From NCBI RefSeq assembly GCF_006345805.1, contig NC_043006.1:49042001-49106000 (forward strand): DNA of 64,000 bases, given 5' to 3'. Below are positions 39,943 through 52,530 of the stretch, piece by piece. Made by a program: the position numbers and the translations under genes. Within the stretch, counting starts at the first letter, position 1, and each line of letters starts with the position of its first letter. The notes beneath the pieces are model-generated. The model searched no databases, was not told the origin of the DNA, and was given only the letters and a program-made list of their open reading frames with translations. This DNA is from Octopus sinensis (lineage: Eukaryota).

Positions 39943-40365
39943 TGTATATATACATTCAAAGTCGAAATTCCACCGAGGTCGACTTTGCCTTTCATTCTTT
40001 CGGAGATCGATAAATTAAGTACCAGTTGCGTACTGAGGTCCATCTAGTCGGCTGCCACCCCCTCCCCCAAAATTTCAGCTCCTGTGCCTAGAAAAGAAAG
40101 TCTTTTATTCTAACAAATTCTGTCAAACTCACCATTGCATTCTTCTAAAATATAGGGAAGACCCATTTCAAAAGAAATGGCATCTAACAGACTTTTGCCC
40201 CTATCTCTTTCTCTCTCTCCCCTCACACACACGCACAGATATCACTAATTTAGCGATCTTTCGAAATTGGTACATATAAGATGGCGAGCCAATTGGAACA
40301 CATTGCACTTATTGAAAGTAAAAAGGTAAACAAAGATTCGCTGATATTCGACAATAAAGACGGTA

Positions 40366-40428
<63 letters not shown>

Positions 40429-40704
40429 TGTGTGTATGTATGTATATATAAAAGTTGACACACACACACGCACGAGTCTTTACATATTTATGCATTTATA
40501 CATATATTTAAGTAAACATATATATTTTGATTATTTATCTTTAACATACACACAATATATTAAATAAAGAAAAAGTGTGTTAATATGTATAGCAAGTATT
40601 TATTTTCCTCTGGTGAACAAATTGCGTGTTTTCCTTTCATATTCAATCGGTGTTGTCTGTTTACTCTTTGTTTGACGCCATCTTATATGTACAATGTTCG
40701 AAAG

Positions 40705-40757
<53 letters not shown>

Positions 40758-40908
40758 ATATTGGCAGGGCTGGCCTGCTAGGTAGCCGGCCATAATGCCC
40801 TGCCAATATACACATATATTTGAATTTTCTCTGACTCCTCAGATTTTTTGAATGCTGGACTACTGGTTTTAAATTGATATTAAAATTAATATTAATTTAT
40901 CTCCCTCA

Positions 40909-40947
<39 letters not shown>

Positions 40948-41309
40948 CACACGTACGTGCGTGCGTGCATGGGCGCGCGCGCGTGAAGAGAGAGAGATTA
41001 AAAGTGCAAATATAAAATTGGATTTTTAAAAAGATATTTAGAGCTACTGGTAAGTATTTTTAGCATGAGTATGGGAGGCTAAGTTGATAGACGTGCTGTA
41101 ACACAGACTAAACCACCAGTCTCCAACAGAAAGTAGACTAAATACAATGGTATGATTCTTTAACGCCGATTAAATTGTGTGCGTACACACACACACTCTC
41201 TCTTTTTTCTCTCTCATTCGTACACTGAATACACACGTAAGTATAAAATATTATTTCTTAGTTAGCTAATGTTTTCGGTATGACATAAGTTATCGCTAAC
41301 TTAACAACA

Positions 41310-41686
41310 GGCTCATGAGTGGCTGTGTGGTAAGTAGCTTGCTTACCAACCACATGGTTCCGAGTTCAGTCCCACTGCGGGGCACCTTGGGCAAGTGTCT
41401 TCTACTACAGCCTCGGGCCGACCAAAGCCTTGTGAGTGGATTTGGTAGGCGGAAACTGAAAGAAGCCCATCGTATATATATAAATGTGTGTGTGTGTGTC
41501 CCCAACATCGCTTGACAACCGATGGTGATGTGTTTACGTCCCCGTAACTTAGCGGTTCGGCAACAGCGACCGATAGAATAAGTACTAAGCTTCCAAAGAA
41601 TAAGTCCTGGGGTCGATTTGCTCGACTAAAGACGATGCTCCAGCATGGCCGCAGTCAAATGACCGAAACAAATAAAGAGTAGAGTA
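41310..41686 (+). mobile_element. SINE family A, full length
   Basis: Near-consensus. Confidence 0.9.
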
Positions 41687-43140
41687 ATTGTTTGTTGGAT
41701 TCTTCATGCAGAGGACGTGTCTGAGCAATTCTTGAAATAATTCTAGTTTTCCACGTCAAGCAGTTTACGTTGACGCACATTTCGTCAGTGGTTCTCTCAT
41801 CGGGATTTTAGGTAAATTAATGGACTAAATGAAGGATATGCTTCGCTGAATACAAAAGAACAAAGCACGTCCGGATTTGTCTGCTGTACTTGTCGAGAGA
41901 TTATACAAATGATACGGGTTTCAAATTCTGGCACGAGGCCAGCAATTTCGGGGGAGGGGTAAGTCGATTACATCGACCCCAGTGCTCAGCTAGTACTTAA
42001 TTAATAGACCTCGGCGGAATTTGAACTCAGAAAATGCAGACGGACGAAATGCCGCTCAGCATTTTGCGCAGCGTGCCAATGATTCTGCTTGAAAAATAGA
42101 AATAATATTGAACAATAAACAGTATTTTTTGCTTCTTTTCACTCCCATTATTGCATAATTATTTTCTTTTTTATTTTCCATTGCATTCAAATAAGTTTAT
42201 ACTCAAACACACTAACATATATAACAGTATCGTGTGTGGTTTGTACAAATACTACATTATGGAGTTCAGTTCAGTGTTGTATAATATACATATACATGCC
42301 AATGCCACATACGCTTCCTTTAAGATAGCGTGTTCGCACTGATAAAAATGAAGATATTGTATCCAAAGCGTGTCGAAATAGACCTGTTTAAGAAACAGAA
42401 AACTGTTACCTTTATACCCTTACCCACTGATTGATGACAACATCGTTAGTTTTTTTTAAAAAACCGTATATGTAAAGCATGCAAAGAAAGTTGCCAACGA
42501 AATATATTGGTAAGTATAAAAATATTTTAGAAGATATATCCAGGTTTCTGTGCGTAAATAAAGCAACTGAGAGACAGAAGGGGAAGCGATAGACTGAGAG
42601 AAACGTTAGAAGGAGCAGGAGGGTGAGATGGAGGTTGGTAGACAGACTAAAAAGAGAAGTGGACGAGACAGACTAAAAAGAGTAGCAGGCGAGATAGACT
42701 CAAGAGAGACAGAAGGAGAAAGAGAGAGAGGGAGAGAAAGGGGGGAGGGAACTGGAGAACCACTTGAATGTATATAATAAGAAAGCAACCATTAAGTTTT
42801 CTTTAATTGTTAATTATTTAAATAATCTTTACTGATAGAAGTAGCATGGCGAGATAAAACAGACGCGTTGAAAAGTGTGCAGAAAATAAGTACTTATTTT
42901 TGTTTAAATGCATAGGCACGTCTGTTTCGATAGTTAGACATATATAGAAGGCTGCTGAGGAAGGAGTTTGATAAAGCGGCTGTCTGTGGTAGTAGTGGGA
43001 ATTAGAAGCATGGTAGTAGGCTATGTATGGATTTAAGACTTATATTTTGTCCATCCATCATAAATTGTTTCATCTCAAGCATTATGTATTCGTAATTGTG
43101 GTGTCCACGAATACAAAGCACTTTCAAATGATTGAAATAC

Positions 43141-43177
43141 CTGTGTTATTCAGAGAAATTATATCTCCCAACGTCAT
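43141..43177 (-). CDS. Weak candidate alternative start exon (MTLGDIISLNNT+G, phase 1)
   Basis: ATG at 43177, open to ACAG|GTATTT. Poor Kozak context. Could be chance. Confidence 0.17.
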
Positions 43178-44149
43178 TCGACCCCGCTGATCCCTCAGAC
43201 CTGGGAAATTCTGCTGGATTCCACCACAACAATAAATTTTAAAATAAAGGGGACTGGTATTTTGGTTTAAGCACCAGGCTAGCTCTGACCAAGCAGACTT
43301 ATAGGAAATATTTCATCTTTTTCAGCCTTGCCTCTTTATGTCATGAGGGAACGTTGTGTGAGTGAATGACGTCGTCTACTAATACCGAAAGACTGCCTTA
43401 AAATGACCATTATTCAATGTCTTTTTTTCTTTTCTTTTTCTTTTTCTTTTTTCTTAAAGACTGTTTAGGTGGTGATTCGAGGAAGATTTGGCGATTATTT
43501 CTAGTAGGACAAGCGACCACGTAGAAGCACGCGAGGAATGATGAGAGGTACATAGGAGGGGAAGAGTTAAAAGAAAGATAGGCTTAGAGTATATATCGAT
43601 ACGTCTGCTCTCGTTATCGAGAAGAAGGTGCACCCATTCACCATCACCCCTAGCCATAATCATTCAAATCGAATGCAATATTCGCCTCCCTGGAGTGATC
43701 CTTTCATAGAAGTTTGCGTGTGACTTTGCTAAGCAGAGAGAGAGAGAGAGAATGAGAGAAGCAGAGGAGGAGGGGTTGTAGAAGGCAGAGAGTGAGAAGG
43801 AGAGACGGATCAATAAAGCCAACGCTATGAAGTGCCAGACGACTTTTCCACACTGCACAGACTTCCTCTACATTTATAAAGAGTCAGATGTTGGTTGGAT
43901 TGCTTTTCGTCTGTAACAGGCTTTCCATGTCCCTTCCTACCGTCATCATCATCATCATCCACAGTATTTTCACTCCCCACTCAATACTATTTAAAAAAAA
44001 CCCTCTGCTAATCTCTACCCAACCACCCTAACCCTGCACAACACCTCTGGAAGTCCCTAAACGCGAAGCAGAACAATCTGAACATTTAACAACACTAAAA
44101 CTTCACTCGGTTATCTATACACTGTACGACAGTTAAGGAGGAGTGTATG

Positions 44150-44153
44150 AGTT

Positions 44154-44192
<39 letters not shown>

Positions 44193-44729
44193 TAGATAAA
44201 ACTGTGTTCTCCCCCACCACCGCCGCCGCCTTCTTCCTTTGGATTAACTCATGAAATATATAAAGGTTAACTTATTTGACACCAAGAAAGACCCTTTTAT
44301 CTACTACGAATGTTCTAGGAGTGACTGAGGTGAAAGAAAGATGAGAATGTGGTGTTATTATATACAAGAGAGTAAAAAAGGAGACGCACAGAAACAGACA
44401 GAAAGATTCTCAGTGAATTTACTGAACGAAAACCAAAGACGAATTGATACCAAGAGGACATCATGTGTTCATTAAAACTATCTTTCTCTCTCTCTCACCA
44501 TGCCCTCTTTCTATCTCTTTCTCTCTCTCTCACACACACACACTTCTATTCTCTCTCTTTGCTCTCTTTCTCCCCCCCCCACACACACTTCCACACACAC
44601 ACTCTCTCTCTCTCTCTCTCTTTGACGTCTTTCTCTTTCTCTCTCTCTCTCTGCCGTCTTTCACTTTTACTACTTTCTCTTTACCTTTTCTGCAAGTCTG
44701 TGTAATAACTCGCGCGCGCGTGTGTAAGT

Positions 44730-44771
<42 letters not shown>

Positions 44772-45305
44772 TAGATAAAACTGTGTTCTCCCCCACCACC
44801 GCCGCCGCCTTCTTCCTTTGGATTAACTCATGAAATATATAAAGGTTAACTTATTTGACACCAAGAAAGACCCTTTTATCTACTACGAATGTTCTAGGAG
44901 TGACTGAGGTGAAAGAAAGATGAGAATGTGGTGTTATTATATACAAGAGAGTAAAAAAGGAGATGCACAGAAACAGACAGAAAGATTCTCAGTGAATTTA
45001 CTGAACGAAAACCAAAGACGAATTGATACCAAGAGGACATCATGTGTTCATTAAAACTATCTTTCTCTCTCTCTCACCATGCCCTCTTTCTATCTCTTTC
45101 TCTCTCTCTCACACACACACACACTTCTATTCTCTCTCTTTGCTCTCTTTCTCCCCCCCCCACACACACTTCCACACACTCTCTCTCTCTCTCTCTCTCT
45201 TTGACGTCTTTCTCTTTCTCTCTCTCTCTCTGCCGTCTTTCACTTTTACTACTTTCTCTTTACCTTTTCTGCAAGTCTGTGTAATAACTCGCGCGCGCGT
45301 GTGTA

Positions 45306-45306
<1 letters not shown>
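44150..45306. repeat. Near-perfect tandem duplication, period about 579 bp
   Basis: ttagataaaactgtg at 44192 and 44771; ORF-track pairs 44444/45023 and 44463/45042; agtttg(tg)n at all three junctions. Confidence 0.95.
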
Positions 45307-45344
<38 letters not shown>

Positions 45345-45697
45345 TTTAAATTCAAATGATACAAATTTTTATTGATAATTAAATTCTTAAATGAATGAAT
45401 ATTCAATAAAAATCTCTTATCTTCTCAACATGCGCTCGTTCAAAAATATCTGTCTATTGATTTTTAAAAGAGGCACGAAATCCCAAATTTTAGTGGTGTT
45501 AGGGTGGGTACGGTCGATTAAACTTCACTGTGCTTCCAAAACTTCAATGTTACTTTATTTTATCGAGCTCGAAAAGACAGAAGCAAAAGTTCACCACAGC
45601 AAGGTTTGAAGCTCAGAACTTAGAGCCATTAACTAACTACCACAAGACATTATTTTATCCGACAGCTCTGACGATTTTGCAAATTCACCACCCTGTA

Positions 45698-45983
45698 TAT
45701 CTTTTACTTGTTTCAGTCATTGGACTGCGGCCGCCATGCTGGAGACACCGTCTTGAAAGGTTTTAGTAAAACGAAACAACTCCAGTACTTATTTTTTAAA
45801 AGCCTGGTACTTATCCAATCAGTCTTTTGCTGAACCGCTAAGTTACGGGTGCGTAAACTAACCAGCATCAAGCGGTGGTGGGGAACGAACCTCTACTCAC
45901 ACACAGATAGATAGATAGATAGATTAGATTAGATAGATTAGATTAGATTAGATAGATAGATAGATTAGATAGATTAGATAGAT

Positions 45984-46049
<66 letters not shown>

Positions 46050-46205
46050 TGACAGGTTTCTTACAGTTTCCGTCCACCAAATCCATTCACAATAATTTGG
46101 TCGGCCTGCGGCTATAGTAGAAGACACTCGCCCAAAATGCTACGCAGTGAGACTGAACCCGGGACGGCATGTTGGGAAGCAAGCTTCTTACCACACACCC
46201 ACACC
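45698..46205 (-). mobile_element. SINE family A with (GATA/GATTA)n core
   Basis: Family A arms flank a GATA array at about 45905-46050. Confidence 0.8.
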
Positions 46206-46964
46206 TATATATATTATTTTGAAATGAGGAAATATGATACGGTCGCTCTGACTGCTAGAAATGGCAACCAAAACGTCCCTCAAATCACACTACTGTTGTA
46301 ATCTGTTGCTTGCCTTAACAACTGGTTCTCGAGTGCCTTTGGCGAAGTCCAGTCGAATCGGGTTTCCAGTCTAAGGAATAAAGACGTCCTCCTGTCCTCT
46401 CATCTGTCATGGAGGCCCAGAAAAATTATCGCAGGCACCTCTCTTCCGCCTTTGACTAAGCCATAAAAATGGAAACATCAGATAGCGTAGTCCTACGTAT
46501 ATTTATACCTGCAAAATGAGTCAGGAGAGTCAAAGGTTAAACATCAACACACAAAATGGCTTATGAAAATTTTCGTGGGACGAAGGGAGGGAGGATAGGA
46601 TGAGTTTAAATCCGGTACATAAATGTATTAAACATCAGCGGAAATGATTAACAAAACAACCACCGGCTGTTATTTAGCCCAAGGTCAATCCTGGCCTACG
46701 ATCAATGACATTTCAATCGTAACCATCCCGATTTCTTCTTTCTTTTCCTAGATATATGGCTATATTACCTACTATGCCTTTCCTTTTTTAAGACGAGATT
46801 TGGCGGTTCTTTTCTGTTTGGCTGCCAATTTTCAACCTCTTCCATTTCTGTTCAAATTGATTTCATAATCATTGAAAAGATCTGATTTGGATGCTAAGAG
46901 AGTCCAGTCACTGTGTAGAACCAGAGGTACACACAGTCTATGTATCGCTATAAAACGATAAACG

Positions 46965-47266
46965 TCGCCCTTTTCAAGCCTAGCCAGACTCGTGGGCCCG
47001 GTTTGGTTTCCCGGTTTCTGTGACGTATGTGTTCCCGCCAGTTGGACGGGACGCCAGTCCATCGCAGCGTTACTCAAGAAACAGGAAGAGAGAGTGAGAG
47101 AAAGTTGGGGCGAAAGAGTACAACAGGGGTCGCCACCACCTCCCACTGCCGGAGCCTCGTGGTGCCTTTAGATGTTTTCGCTCAATAAACACACAAAACG
47201 CCCGGTCTGGGAATCGAAACCGCGAGTCTGCTGCCCTAACCACTGGGCCATTGCGCCTCCACATGT
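46965..47266 (-). mobile_element. SINE family C
   Basis: Reverse complement of 18073-18370. Confidence 0.85.
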
Positions 47267-47339
47267 ATCGCTATGACTGTATATAATTCCGAAACAATCT
47301 CCGAAGACAAAATTTTCAACTGTTCATGAATGATCCTTT

Positions 47340-47552
47340 ATATTAGAGGCACAAAGTCTGATATTTTGAGAAGAGGGGGCTAGTCGATTACATCGATCTC
47401 AATACTTAACTGGTAGTTGTTTCATCGATTTCCGAAAGGATGAAAGGCAAAGTCGACCTCGGCGGCATTTGAACTCAGAATGTAAAGACGGGGGGAAATG
47501 CCGCTGAGCATTTCGTCTGACAGTCTAACTAACAATTCAGCCAGCTCGCCAT
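47340..47552 (-). mobile_element. SINE family B monomer
   Basis: Reverse complement of the family B consensus. Confidence 0.85.
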
Positions 47553-47602
47553 TGTTCATGAATAATGATTACAATAAGTCATAATGCAATATTTAACACA
47601 AA

Positions 47603-48002
47603 TAAGGCGGCGAGCTGGCAGAAACGTTAGCACGCCGGGCGAAATGCTTAGCAGTATTTCGTCTGCCGCTACGTTCTGAGTTCAAATTCCGCCGAGGTCG
47701 ACTTTGCTTTCATCCTTTCGGGGGTCGATTGAATAAGTACCAGTTACGCACTGGGGTTGATATAATCGACTTAATCCGTTTGTCTGTCATTGTTTGTCCT
47801 CTCTGTGTTTAGACCCTTGTGGGTAATAAAGAAATAGGTATTTCGTCTGTCTACACGTTCTGAGTTCAAATTCTGCCGAGGTTGACTTTGCCTTTCAACC
47901 TTTCGGGGGCCGATAAATTAAGTACCAATTGTGGACTGAGGTCGATCGACGGGCCCCTTCCCAAAAATTTCGAGCCTTGTACCTAGAGTAGAAAAGAATA
48001 TT
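47603..48002 (+). mobile_element. SINE family B, dimeric copy
   Basis: Head GGCGGCGAGCTGGCAGAA...GTTCTGAGTTCAAATTCC (pol III box-like); body repeated after a cccttgtgggtaataaagaaatagg linker; tail ccttgtacctagagtagaaaag. Confidence 0.85.
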
Positions 48003-48049
48003 TAATGGAAAACAAACAAAAAATCCCACAAAAAAGTATCAAATACTCT

Positions 48050-48442
48050 TTTATTCTCTCTTTTTACTCTTTTACTTGTTTCAGTCATTTGACTGCGGCC
48101 ATGCTGGGGCATCGCCTTGACTTATTCTTTGTAAGCCTAGTACTTATTTCTATCGGTCTATTTTGCCGAACCGCTAAGTTACGGGGACGTAAACACACCA
48201 GCATCGGTTGTCAAGCAATGTTGGAGGGACAAACACCAGACACAAACATATACACACACATGCACATATACATATATACGACGGGCTTCTTTCAGTTTCT
48301 GTCTACCAAATCCACTCACAAGGCTTTGGTCGGCCCGAGGCTATAGTAGAAGACACTTGCCCAAGGTGCCACGCAGTGGGACTGAACCCAGAACCATGTG
48401 GTTGGTAAGCAAGCTACTTACCTCACAGCCACTCCTGCGCCT
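48050..48442 (-). mobile_element. SINE family A
   Basis: Near-consensus with a small deletion. Confidence 0.9.
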
Positions 48443-49569
48443 TTGATAATTTTTAAAAAATCTTTTTTCTCACTTTTTAAAATCGTTTTCGATTATTGAT
48501 TTGACAAAATAGGTCGATATGCTCTCTTACAGGGTAGGATAGTTAAATTGCTTAAAAGTATCTTTAAGAATAAATCGAGTCCAAGACTTTTACCAGGCGA
48601 ACGAACGAATGTTAATAGCAATAAGTGAAATTTATCTTCACGGTCGCTCTATCTGCTAGATACAGCAGCCAAATATCACCTCAAATCGCACTATTCCAAT
48701 CGGCTAATATAAAAAGAAACTGGTGGAAGAATGGATAATGTAATCCCAGAAAAACACTGTGTTCGATAAATAAGTAAATAAAATAAACAGAATGGTTTGG
48801 TTACAGCTGGAACGCTTTTCATCATAGGTCTGCAGGATTATTGCTGACCGAGGGTTAAACAAGAATGACGGGCCAACAAGGAGGTCTCTGTCAGTCATAC
48901 GCAGTGAAAAGAGGAAGGGCTATATCGGCTTTATTACTTCCTACAAGAATCACCAGGAACACCTCTATAACACTTCCCACACCTTTCATCTCAAAACACC
49001 ACTCCTCTCCATCATCACCACCACCACCATCGCCACCACCACAGTTACGTTATAATACTTCACAAAGAGCGGAAATTATTATACTAACTAAATCTTGTTT
49101 GTTAGGACTTTTTCTAACATCTTTTGTTGTTTTCTTTCTGTTACTAGATCCATCGCTGTTAAAATTCGTCGGTAACGACAACAGAAAAAAAAACAGAAAG
49201 AAAGAGAAAAAGAAAGAGGGAGAAAGAAGAACAGTAAAAAGAAAGAGAGAAAGAAAAAAGAACGAACGAAAATTCATTAAAAATAATCACATCGTAAATC
49301 CCTGAGCCAACAACACATCTTTTTACCCAACGCATCAAAGTTGAACAATTGAGGTTAGCAGCGAAGAAAACAAGGTGAATAAAAAAAGAGAGCAGACGAT
49401 TTTAAAACATGGAGGCACTAAAACATGTAGCAATTGCTTCCCCCACTCTTTCTTGTTATTTATTGTTGAACATTACTTATAATACAGCAACTGCAGTGCA
49501 TCCTTTACTGAGCAGAGCTATGATAAAAGACATTCCAGCTGTGACCATCCAGTCTTTTATCTTTCCTCG

Positions 49570-51022
49570 ATATTAATAAAAAGCTTGCTTTGTAACTTCA
49601 TGGTTTTTGGGTTCAGCTCCACTGAGTGGCACCAATGCCTTGTCGGTGAATTTGGTAGATAGAAACTGTGTGGAAGCCTTACATGTGTGTGTGTGTGGAT
49701 ATGTTTCCCCCACCACCGCTTGACAACGAATGTTGGTTTGTTTACATCTCCATAACTTAGCAGTTCATCAAAAGAGACCAGTAGAATAAGTATCAGAACT
49801 CATTGACATACTGCCCCAACATGGCTTGAATGAGATTTGACTGCTGTTTCTAGCATGTCTAACAACCAACGTTTAACCTCTGTCCTTTCAACGAGGGTAC
49901 GTGTTTCCATAGAGGGAAGGATGAAAGAAGTGGAAGGAATATCTTGTCTTTTTTTTTCTTTTGCTTATTAAAAGAAAAAGATCAAAGAAAAAAATTAATA
50001 ATTCTCTGTTTTCAACATTATTACAAAATAATATTAAAAAAACTGCAAACTGACATTATAGATATCGTTAATCTAACAGGCTAGTTAGACAGATGATGGA
50101 TAGATTAGATTTTGAATTAATAGCTGGGTGAGGGATCAGGTGCCTAGTTTAGCTTTTAGGAGAATGAACGCTGTCTAAAAATAATTAAGAACCAGTAGAT
50201 CACAAACAGAGACAAACAGACAGAGACGAAGACAGTAGATCTTTAACCCTTTCGTTACTGTATTTATTTTGAGATGTTCTGTGTTTCTTTCAATCAATTT
50301 TAAATATAACAAAGAATTTAGTAAAGTAACTTAGTTATCATTCAGCTAGTGTCAGGAACATAAATTGTGACTAAGGTTTGGTGGAAGATTTAAATTCAAA
50401 ACTTATGAAAACAAGACATTTGTACTCAGAACTAGAGCTGGTTTCAGCTGAGTTGGTAACAAAAGGGTTAACATACTGGCTTCTGATGGTGTGCACTAAA
50501 TTTCAGTCATATATAGGAAGAGAAACAAGCCTTTCTAAATGGCATTAGTAGTATATATTTCTTTATTGCCCACAGGGGGTTAAACATAGAGGGAACAAAC
50601 AAGAACAGACAAAATAAATAATATATGTGAAAATTAGGCGCAAGAATGGCTGTGTAGTAAGTAGCTTGCTTACCAACCACATGGTTCTGGGTTCAGTCCC
50701 ACTGTGTGGCAACTTGGGCAAGTGTCTTCTACTATAGCTTTGGGCCGACCAAAGCCTTGTGGGTGGATTTGGTAGACAGAAACTGAAAGAAGCCCGTCGT
50801 ATATATGTGTATATATGTATGTGTGTCTGTGTTTGCCACCCCCAACATCACTTGACAACCGATGCTGGTGTGTTTACATCACCATAACTTAGTAGTTCGG
50901 CAAAAAGAAACCGATAGAATAAGTATTAGGGTTCCAAAGAATAAGTCCTGGGGTCGATTTGCCCGACTAAAGGCAGTGTTCCAGCATGGCCACGGTCAAA
51001 TGATTGAAACAAGTAAAAGAGC
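49570..51022 (+). mobile_element. SINE family A copies (49570-49825 diverged; 50636-51022 full length)
   Basis: Family A similarity. Confidence 0.75.
50243..50471. mobile_element. piggyBac-like MITE (family F)
   Basis: TTAA-CCCTTTCGTTAC ... GTAACAAAAGGG-TTAA. Confidence 0.88.
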
Positions 51023-51966
51023 ATTAGTAATATAGGTGAACTAAAAATATGGTAACAACTGGAATTCAAAGCCATATTAACTTGTCCGGAATCTTTTGTC
51101 CTGCAATACATGGTTTATACAATGGTTTATCAGAAGAGAATGTTTCATAGAGAAACTTAGCTGATATCTTTCGTTATAAACTGTCTGTTGGCATATATTT
51201 TATCAACTACTTACAGGATGTAAGCTCTAAAGAGACTATGACAATGCTATATCAACAACGTCATCATTGCTTGCATATGTCAGCTGGAGCTGTCGACACA
51301 GATTTTCTGCAACTGGATACCCTTCCTGTTGCTAACCCTCACTTGTTTCCAAGCAAGCCATGACCAGATGCTTTCATGGAGGAACAGAAATGAAGGACAT
51401 CACTTGTATGACAGTGATGCTCATTTACAACAATCATAAGGCAGTGAGCAGACAGAATCGTTAGCACGCCGGATGAAATGCTTAACGGTATTTTGTCTGC
51501 AGATATGTTCTGAGTTCAAATTCCGCCATGGTCGACTTTTCCTTTCAGGGCAATAAATTAAGTACGACCCTGAGGCGGTGCTCCAGCATGGTCACAGTCA
51601 AATGACTGAAACAAGTAAAATAGAGAGTAAAGAGTATATCCTGGGTATGTAGTTATGAAACTTGCTTTGCAACAAAGTGGTTTTGGGTTCAATTCCCACT
51701 GCACAGTATCTTAATAAGTGTCATTTACTATACAGTCACTAGATCAATGCCCTGCAAGTGAATTTAGTAGAGGGGAAACTGTATGGATGCCCATTGTATG
51801 TGTGGGTGTGCCTTTGAGCTTGTTCTCCCCACCACCATTGACAACAGGTGGTGGTTTATTGTTCCGGTAAGTTGGAAGTTAACCAATAGCTACTAATAGA
51901 ATATGTAACACATTCCATAAAAAAATAAAATAAAAGAAGTACTTGAATTCATCTGTTCAGCTAAAC

Positions 51967-52530
51967 TAGTCATTCTCAACTATTTTTTACTTAACCCTTT
52001 CGTTACTGCATTTATTTTGAGATGCTCTGTGTTTCTTTTAATTAATTTTAAATATAACAAAGAATTTAGTAAAGTAACTTAGTTATCATTAAGCTAGGAA
52101 CATAAATTGTGACTAAGGTTTGATGGAAGATTTAAATTCAAAACTTATGAAAACAAGACATTTGTACTCAGAGCCAGAGCCAGTTTCAGCCGGGTTGGTA
52201 ACGTAAGGGTTAAGAACCCCTTTGATTACTATTTTATTCTGGTGGACCCCTCCCCACCCTAGCCATTCGATGTTTAAAAATTAATTCTATAGGTACTTCT
52301 TTCAAAATTACTATTTTGTTCATCACACATTCATTTGTGTAGATTGAACTATGTGAAACGTTAGAGAGAAAACCCTAGCTGTTTCTTGCAATGAATACAT
52401 CTACAGCAAAATATTTTCATGGACCATTCAAATAATACTGTGAGCCCAATTTACTTAATTTGCTTATACGAATCCCCAAACTCTTATATGGACCCCCAGG
52501 GGTCATATAGATCCAAGTTGTGAACAGCTG
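51967..52530. mobile_element. Older relative of the 13 kb hAT element, carrying a nested MITE
   Basis: Degenerate TIRs tagtcattctcaac / gttgtgaacagctg; TSD agctaaac / aactaaac (7/8); shares acccctttgatt.ctattttatt and ttatatggaccccc with the 13 kb copy. Confidence 0.7.
51991..52213. mobile_element. piggyBac-like MITE (family F) nested in a hAT element
   Basis: TTAA-CCCTTTCGTTAC ... GTAACGTAAGGG-TTAA. Confidence 0.88.

Noticed and set aside
42424-42443. MLSSISG|GTAAGG (phase 2); also MRQQE|GTAATG near 31775 (phase 0), MASN... near 28400-28515 (phase 0) and MQAIEK... near 63330-63396
   Set aside because: No support beyond an ATG plus a donor; recorded because they show such pairs arise by chance and weaken the phase-1 argument.
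47603-47700. tRNA-like box A/box B sequences
   Set aside because: SINE heads, not cloverleaf tRNA genes.
48865-49305. 146-aa Pro-rich ORF; likewise 22187-22410
   Set aside because: Built from (CAC/CAT)n and A/G-rich low-complexity runs; no splice or domain support.
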